Below are positions 58,668 to 64,000 of a stretch of 64,000 bases of DNA, in pieces. How positions within the stretch are numbered: the stretch's first letter is position 1; every line of letters starts with the position of its first letter. The notes under the pieces are model-generated. The model saw only the letters and a list, made by a program, of their open reading frames with translations. It had not been told where the DNA came from and ran no database searches. Position numbers and translations under genes: made by a program. This DNA comes from Spirochaetia bacterium (lineage in GTDB: Bacteria > Spirochaetota > Spirochaetia > DSM-2461): the NCBI GenBank assembly GCA_963668315.1, contig OY764216.1, positions 3,424,001-3,488,000 of the forward strand. Direction: 5' to 3'.

Positions 58668-60907
58668 GCGCTTCCCTCCTTGTAGCCGACGATCGTCTGG
58701 GCGTGGTTGGTGGTGGACCAGGTGTATCCCGACTGGAAAACATCATTGCTGTCCAGATGGTCGTAGAGGCCGAGGTCGGAAGCGGAACCGTCGCCGGCAT
58801 AAATCCCTGTTGTTACGATGTAGCCCATGGAAAGAAGGCTCTTCAACAGCTGGATATCGGCATCATCTTCAATGGAAAAATATCCGATTTGGTAGTTGTC
58901 CCAGTAGTAATGGCCCACCGTATCGCCTCTGTACTGAACCGCTTCACGCCAGGCCTCTTCCGTGGGCCATGTGGTGGAATCGCCGGTATCGTAGGGCATG
59001 GTATCCCAGGTGGCGCAGCCCTGACGCCGGAGTGTTTCAACGGCGTAAATATAGCTAGATCCGTTGTCAACGCCATTATTGATCTGGTGGTAAATAAAAT
59101 CGGGGCTGAATATTTTATCCAGTGAAGAGTCGGGAGCGCCTCCGCTGGAAAGGCCTAAGGAATCGGAATCCCAGGATACACCGGAAAGGTCCCAGCCGTG
59201 TTCTTTGGCTTCCATGAAGGTATGAATATAGTAAGCCGTGGAAAAGGCTACGCAGGAGCCCTCGCTGCCTTGATTTCCGATGGGAGGGAAGTATTGGGAC
59301 TCGGAGTAGTCCAATTCCAGAGGGAGATCGGCACCGTTGAAGGTCCCACCTCTCGTTGTGGTTTCTGTTTCTATGGAATCCAGGGAATAGACATTCAGCC
59401 ACTCTTCCTCCGTAGGATTGATCCAGCCGGTCCTGTAGCCGCCGGAAGAAAGGACGCCGTTATCATTGTTCTCTGGATTTTTTTTCAGTAAGCTTTTAAT
59501 TTCGTCATCGGATATTTCGGACAAGACCAGAGAGGCGGATTCGCTTAAAGAACGGGATGCGCTAATAGCAGAAAGATCTGTTTCAGATATATTATTTGAA
59601 GTTTCTATTTTGAATATGGAAGAGCTGCCTGCTGAAATAGTTCCCGTCGACGTTGATGTAAGCGTATCCAGTGCGGGATTACTGTAATCATCATAGAGCT
59701 CTACGGAAAAACTATTAATACTGCCTGATGTAGAACCTATATTCTCAGCATAGAGATAAAGATCGTAATCGTTGAGATAGGTTGCGAATTCTGTTATATC
59801 AAGTACTATATCATGGGACGGAAAATCCAAATCTCCACCTGCTGGAATATCGGATGTGTTACGTGTTTCAAAGGTTTTACTCAAGTAAAAATCTTCCGCA
59901 TTGGTGGGTTGCGTAGAAGAAATACCCAAGGTGATTTTCATATCATTTCTGTTTTCATGGGATACATTGAAAACGGCTACAGCCTTTGGTTCATAAACAG
60001 TATCGGCATCGTTGAAATAGAAAAAGACGAACATATTGTTCGCGATCATATCTTCGTAGTCCATCCAGTAATGGCCGTCGGCAATGTTTTCCCAATCTCC
60101 TTTACCCCAGGAATTGACTAATTTAAAGGCTCCGTTTTCAAGGCCGTTACCGCTGCTTACAATAACAACAGCCGTATCATCGGGTAGGGTAACATTATTA
60201 TCTTCATTTAACTCAGGAATGCTGTTTTCAGGATCAATGATAACACCCAGATAATAAATACCAGGAGTAAGGTTGGGACAAGTTAGGTTAATGAATCCCT
60301 CTGTATGGAAATTATTTTCCCCTAGAGAGATAGATGACATATTTACGGAAACTAATTCTACATCGGATGAATTGATATTTCTGTCCGGGGATAAGTAATA
60401 TTTAACAACACAATTGGATGTTGAATTGTTGCCGATATTGTTGATATAGGAAAACAGATCATATTCATCACCGACACTCACTATTGCGTCATCATCAAAA
60501 TAATTGATTCCCATCCATAATTTGTTTCCAGGATACATATCGGGCCTTCCGGAATAAGCGGAAACCGTACCTAAATCACGAGTCCAGGTGCTGTCTGAAA
60601 TATTTCTTACAATAACATGATCACCTAAGGTAAGAGTCACATCTTGAACAGAACCTATACAGGGATTCCATGTATTTCCTCCATCCAATGAATATTCCAT
60701 CTGGGAACTTGTTCCTAATAATTGTTGATTGATAACATCGAGGTAAGGGGTAGATTGAAGTGTCTCGTCAAAAATCGAGTCGAAATCATTCTCAGAATAT
60801 GTAATAACAGTGTCTTCAAAATAATCATTAGTGCCCCCGCCGTCAGGACAGGACACAAACAGCAGCAAAATCAAAAAACTGAAAAAAGAGAAAAGAATCT
60901 TTTTCAT
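58640..60907 (-). CDS. Lipoprotein with papain-like (C1A) peptidase motifs in permuted order and a CARDB-like domain
   Basis: Lipobox FVSC; QG.EGSC.AF; HAQTIVGY; FKLVNSWG; E.NE.NN. Confidence 0.8.
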   Translation of the reverse strand: MKKILFSFFSFLILLLFVSCPDGGGTNDYFEDTVITYSENDFDSIFDETLQSTPYLDVINQQLLGTSSQMEYSLDGGNTWNPCIGSVQDVTLTLGDHVIVRNISDSTWTRDLGTVSAYSGRPDMYPGNKLWMGINYFDDDAIVSVGDEYDLFSYINNIGNNSTSNCVVKYYLSPDRNINSSDVELVSVNMSSISLGENNFHTEGFINLTCPNLTPGIYYLGVIIDPENSIPELNEDNNVTLPDDTAVVIVSSGNGLENGAFKLVNSWGKGDWENIADGHYWMDYEDMIANNMFVFFYFNDADTVYEPKAVAVFNVSHENRNDMKITLGISSTQPTNAEDFYLSKTFETRNTSDIPAGGDLDFPSHDIVLDITEFATYLNDYDLYLYAENIGSTSGSINSFSVELYDDYSNPALDTLTSTSTGTISAGSSSIFKIETSNNISETDLSAISASRSLSESASLVLSEISDDEIKSLLKKNPENNDNGVLSSGGYRTGWINPTEEEWLNVYSLDSIETETTTRGGTFNGADLPLELDYSESQYFPPIGNQGSEGSCVAFSTAYYIHTFMEAKEHGWDLSGVSWDSDSLGLSSGGAPDSSLDKIFSPDFIYHQINNGVDNGSSYIYAVETLRRQGCATWDTMPYDTGDSTTWPTEEAWREAVQYRGDTVGHYYWDNYQIGYFSIEDDADIQLLKSLLSMGYIVTTGIYAGDGSASDLGLYDHLDSNDVFQSGYTWSTTNHAQTIVGYKEGSAWNASNPDA

Positions 60908-60995
60908 AGGGACTCCCGAAGTAAAAGTAATATATGTACTATATCCCACTATCGGGCAAATTGCCATGCTTTTCCTTCAGGAGTCCCCGTATGTT

Positions 60996-62333
60996 CTATT
61001 CTTCCTCTTCGCAGTATTCACTCAGGGGAAAGAGCTCGTCTATGAGGACGGGCATGCCCCTTTTGAAGGATTCGTTTGCCGCGCAGCCGACAAGGATCGA
61101 TTTGGCTCCGTCGATGGAACCGGCCGCCGTTTTGAGGGGGTCGTCTCCGGCTCCCATGAAGACATCGCTCAGCAGGCGAAGATCTCCGCCTCCGTGTCCG
61201 CCGGCGCCTTCGTCCCAGGTGATATTCTGGGGTTTGCCCCACAGCTTCTGAAGGGTAATGGTCTCTTTCTGCTTGGGAGCCTTCATATCGTCGGTCATGT
61301 TGAAATCGGGATTGTTCTGGTCAAAGGCCGAGCTGGAGACGTAACCGGTTTCCACGATATCGATTTCTAGGCGGCCCTTGGTGCCGTTGAAGCTGACCCG
61401 GTAACCTTCCCAGGGACAGAAAGCGTTCAGGGCATAGGTCATAACGGTTTTCTTGCTGTATTTTACCACGAGGCTCATGGTATCCTCTATGGAGATGTTA
61501 TGGCCGAAGACGGACTGGTCGCGGATGTAGCCGTCCTCATGCTCCGCCTTCAGGTAGAGCCCCTCCATTTCGCCCCCGTCTTCCATGTCCAGAGCAAAGG
61601 GATCGTTCTTGGCGAATTCACTGCCGTGGCATCTTTCGTAGAATTTAGTTTCCCCTCGGTTTTCGGCGTTTTCCCTTCCGTAGAAAGCCAGACGGCCCAT
61701 TCCGAAAACTTCCGTGGGGTAGTCGTTAAGCCACCAGTTCATCAGATCGAAGTGGTGGGTGGATTTATGGACCATAAGACCGCCGGAATTGTTTTTGTCC
61801 CGGTGCCATCTTCTGAAATAGTCCGCTCCGTGCCTGGTATTCAGGAGCCACTCGAAATGGACGGAAAGCACATCGCCGATCTCGCCGGCTTGGATAAGTT
61901 CCTTCACCTTGGTATTTCGGGGGCTGTAGCGGTAGTTGAATGTTACGATCAGGTCTTTGCCCGTTTTTTCCTTTGTCTTGAAAATCTGGTTCAGTTTTTC
62001 CGCATCGGTGGTAAGGGGTTTTTCCGTGACAACATCGCAGCCCAGTTCCATGGCCCGGCAGATATACTTGTGGTGGGTTCTATCCATGGTGGTCACGATA
62101 ACCTTCTGGGGCTTCTGCTCTTCAATCATCCTGTCGAATTCGCTGCTGTGGTAGGTTTTAACCGGTTTGGCCCCGTATTTTTCCTGGAACTGATTATTGT
62201 ACCAGTCCATTCTCGTCTGGTTGATATCGCAGATTCCGACCAGCTCGGTCGTCTCTTTATAATCCTTCAATATGGCCTGGGAATACATTTTCGATCGGCT
62301 TCCCAGTCCGACGATGACATACTTTGTTTTCAC
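60996..62333 (-). CDS. Gfo/Idh/MocA oxidoreductase
   Basis: VGLGSR, EKP, HGADYFRRWH and HHFD motifs. Confidence 0.9.
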   Translation of the reverse strand: MKTKYVIVGLGSRSKMYSQAILKDYKETTELVGICDINQTRMDWYNNQFQEKYGAKPVKTYHSSEFDRMIEEQKPQKVIVTTMDRTHHKYICRAMELGCDVVTEKPLTTDAEKLNQIFKTKEKTGKDLIVTFNYRYSPRNTKVKELIQAGEIGDVLSVHFEWLLNTRHGADYFRRWHRDKNNSGGLMVHKSTHHFDLMNWWLNDYPTEVFGMGRLAFYGRENAENRGETKFYERCHGSEFAKNDPFALDMEDGGEMEGLYLKAEHEDGYIRDQSVFGHNISIEDTMSLVVKYSKKTVMTYALNAFCPWEGYRVSFNGTKGRLEIDIVETGYVSSSAFDQNNPDFNMTDDMKAPKQKETITLQKLWGKPQNITWDEGAGGHGGGDLRLLSDVFMGAGDDPLKTAAGSIDGAKSILVGCAANESFKRGMPVLIDELFPLSEYCEEEE

Positions 62334-62359
62334 TTCTGACTCCTTCTTAATTATCTTAT

Positions 62360-63337
62360 TTATACCGAATCACCCTGAACGAATTGAGTGGTCAGGGGGA
62401 ATTCCTTACGTAATGCCGTACCGCGGAGTAAATTTTCCAGAATCTCCACGGTCATCTGGCCCAGTTCATCGACGGGCTGTTTGACCGTCGCCAGACTTTT
62501 ATAACCGAATGGGCCGTATCGGTCGCCGTCGAATCCAATGATACCGGCCTGAGCCGGAACATCTATGCCGGACTCGTAAAATGCCTTCATAAGGCCGAAG
62601 GCCATTTTGTCATTGGTGCAGAGGATAAGACTTCTTTTCTCACGGTTCAGGGTAGGGGCAATAAGCTTTCCCCCCTCGTATCCGTTGTTAAAGCTATCTC
62701 CGACGCAGGGGGTAATCTCCCAGGATTTTTCTGAACTTAGCCCGCCGGTAAAGCGGATGAAGCCTTTATAGCGGCCGTCCTGTGTTTTCCCGGGCATGGA
62801 ATTCAAGTAGAGAAAATGGTCATACCGGTTATGAAGGAGACTGAGGGCTTCAAGAACGCCCTTTTCCCGGTCAATGGTGAGAGAGGGAAGTCCTTCGGAG
62901 TAGCCGTCCACCAGCAGTACGGGTTTTTCTATGCCCTTGAGCAGTCTGAATAAATCCTCATTGTCCGGCGGCTGAAGAACAACAAGAGCTTCGGATAAAC
63001 TCAGGAGGGAGGGAAGGGCTTCTTTCAGGGAAGCCTCGGTCAGGTCCGAACAGGACAGAATGGATCTTTTCCCCGTGGCTTCAAGGGATTTCTGAATGGC
63101 ATAAAGTTTATCCGTCTTAATCCCCACGCCCAGTCTTCCCGTTAAGATCCCGATCAGGCCGGTCTTTCCCGTTTTTAAACCGCCGGCAAAGGGATTGGCA
63201 ACATATCCCATCTCATCGGCCGTGTTTTTTATAAGAAGGGCGGATTTTTCCGAGACGCCTTTTTCTCCGTTCAAGGCGCGGCTGACGGTTTTATAGGAGA
63301 ATCCTGTTTTTTCTGCAATGTCTTTTATCGTGATCAT
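62360..63337 (-). CDS. LacI-family transcriptional regulator
   Basis: TIKDIA...S..TVSRALN HTH. Confidence 0.93.
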   Translation of the reverse strand: MITIKDIAEKTGFSYKTVSRALNGEKGVSEKSALLIKNTADEMGYVANPFAGGLKTGKTGLIGILTGRLGVGIKTDKLYAIQKSLEATGKRSILSCSDLTEASLKEALPSLLSLSEALVVLQPPDNEDLFRLLKGIEKPVLLVDGYSEGLPSLTIDREKGVLEALSLLHNRYDHFLYLNSMPGKTQDGRYKGFIRFTGGLSSEKSWEITPCVGDSFNNGYEGGKLIAPTLNREKRSLILCTNDKMAFGLMKAFYESGIDVPAQAGIIGFDGDRYGPFGYKSLATVKQPVDELGQMTVEILENLLRGTALRKEFPLTTQFVQGDSV

Positions 63338-63356
63338 AAACGCTTGTACTTACTGA

Positions 63357-63374
63357 TACGTCAACGTTGACGTA
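63357..63374. promoter_or_regulatory. Probable LacI-type operator
   Basis: Perfect palindrome TACGTCAACGTTGACGTA with central CG, about 20 bp upstream of the LacI gene. Confidence 0.65.
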
Positions 63375-63498
63375 CTCTGTGGGAAACAGAATAATTCATT
63401 TGCAGTTTCCTGTCAACTCGCCGTTCCTGAGAAAAAAAATAAATAATTTGAAAGTTGTGAGTATAATTTCCTATAATAATAAGCAGAGGTATTTCAAA

Positions 63499-64000
63499 AT
63501 GAAAAGTATCGTAATAAAAATCCTTTTTCTGACCATCGGGTCGGTCCTGGTTATTTCTCTTGCTCTCAGCACCTTTATGATATTTACTTTTATTCAAAAC
63601 AACAATGAAAACATTTCCATACTGGAAGAGAGTCTCAGGGACGATTTTGACAATCTGGTCAAGCTGGAAGTGGAAACGCAGATCTCTCTTCTGGAGAACC
63701 TGCACAAACTCTATCTCGACGGGGAATTTTCCGAAAGGGAGTGGCGAGAGCTTTCTGCCCATCTGTTGAGGGAAGCCCGTTATGACGGGGGCAACTATTT
63801 CTGGGCCGATACTTCCGATGGAACCTGTGTGGTCCTTCTCGGGCGGGATACGGAAGGTACAAACCGTATTAATTCACAGGACAACCGGGGCAATTCCTTC
63901 ATGCGTGATATCATCTCCAACGGTCTGGCCGGCGGGGGCTATTCCGATTATTACTTCCCCCGCGGGGAAGGGGGCGAACCTCTTCCCAAGCGGGCTTATT
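63499..64000 (+). CDS. Cache-domain membrane sensor, probably a chemoreceptor; runs off the window
   Basis: Own translation: TM then RYDGGNYFW...D..G..F..I..G..GGGYSDYYFP..PK..Y. Confidence 0.75.
   Translation, partial: MKSIVIKILFLTIGSVLVISLALSTFMIFTFIQNNNENISILEESLRDDFDNLVKLEVETQISLLENLHKLYLDGEFSEREWRELSAHLLREARYDGGNYFWADTSDGTCVVLLGRDTEGTNRINSQDNRGNSFMRDIISNGLAGGGYSDYYFPRGEGGEPLPKRAY

Noticed and set aside
63361..63862. Minus-strand ORFs near the right edge
   Set aside because: They overlap the better supported plus-strand Cache sensor starting at 63499

Overview
Bacterial chromosome window, probably from a spirochaete; this is inferred from gene content and synteny, not proven. The left ~24.5 kb is an AT-richer genomic island anchored at a tRNA-Pro(GGG) gene with an adjacent tyrosine integrase. 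It contains: (i) an Rhs polymorphic toxin locus, with a large Rhs carrying an M23-like tip plus its immunity gene, then two orphan tip/immunity modules each preceded by a ~350-bp structured repeat; (ii) three IS256-family elements and a remnant; (iii) an integron-type array of six gene cassettes with long attC sites and no intI in the window. One attC is split by an IS110/IS1111 element with a long non-coding end (candidate bridge/seek RNA), and most cassette ORFs are bracketed by GGA-loop hairpins on the antisense strand. The right ~39.5 kb is GC-richer core/metabolic DNA: recG, yggT, dnaE, a degenerate xdh-like trio, sugar-nucleotide genes, pgi, hypD plus activase, umuDC, ileS, and an oligogalacturonide uptake/catabolism cluster. 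Inside that cluster sits a circularly permuted papain-like lipoprotein paired with a cystatin-like gene. All calls come from reading motifs by eye; no database searches were run.
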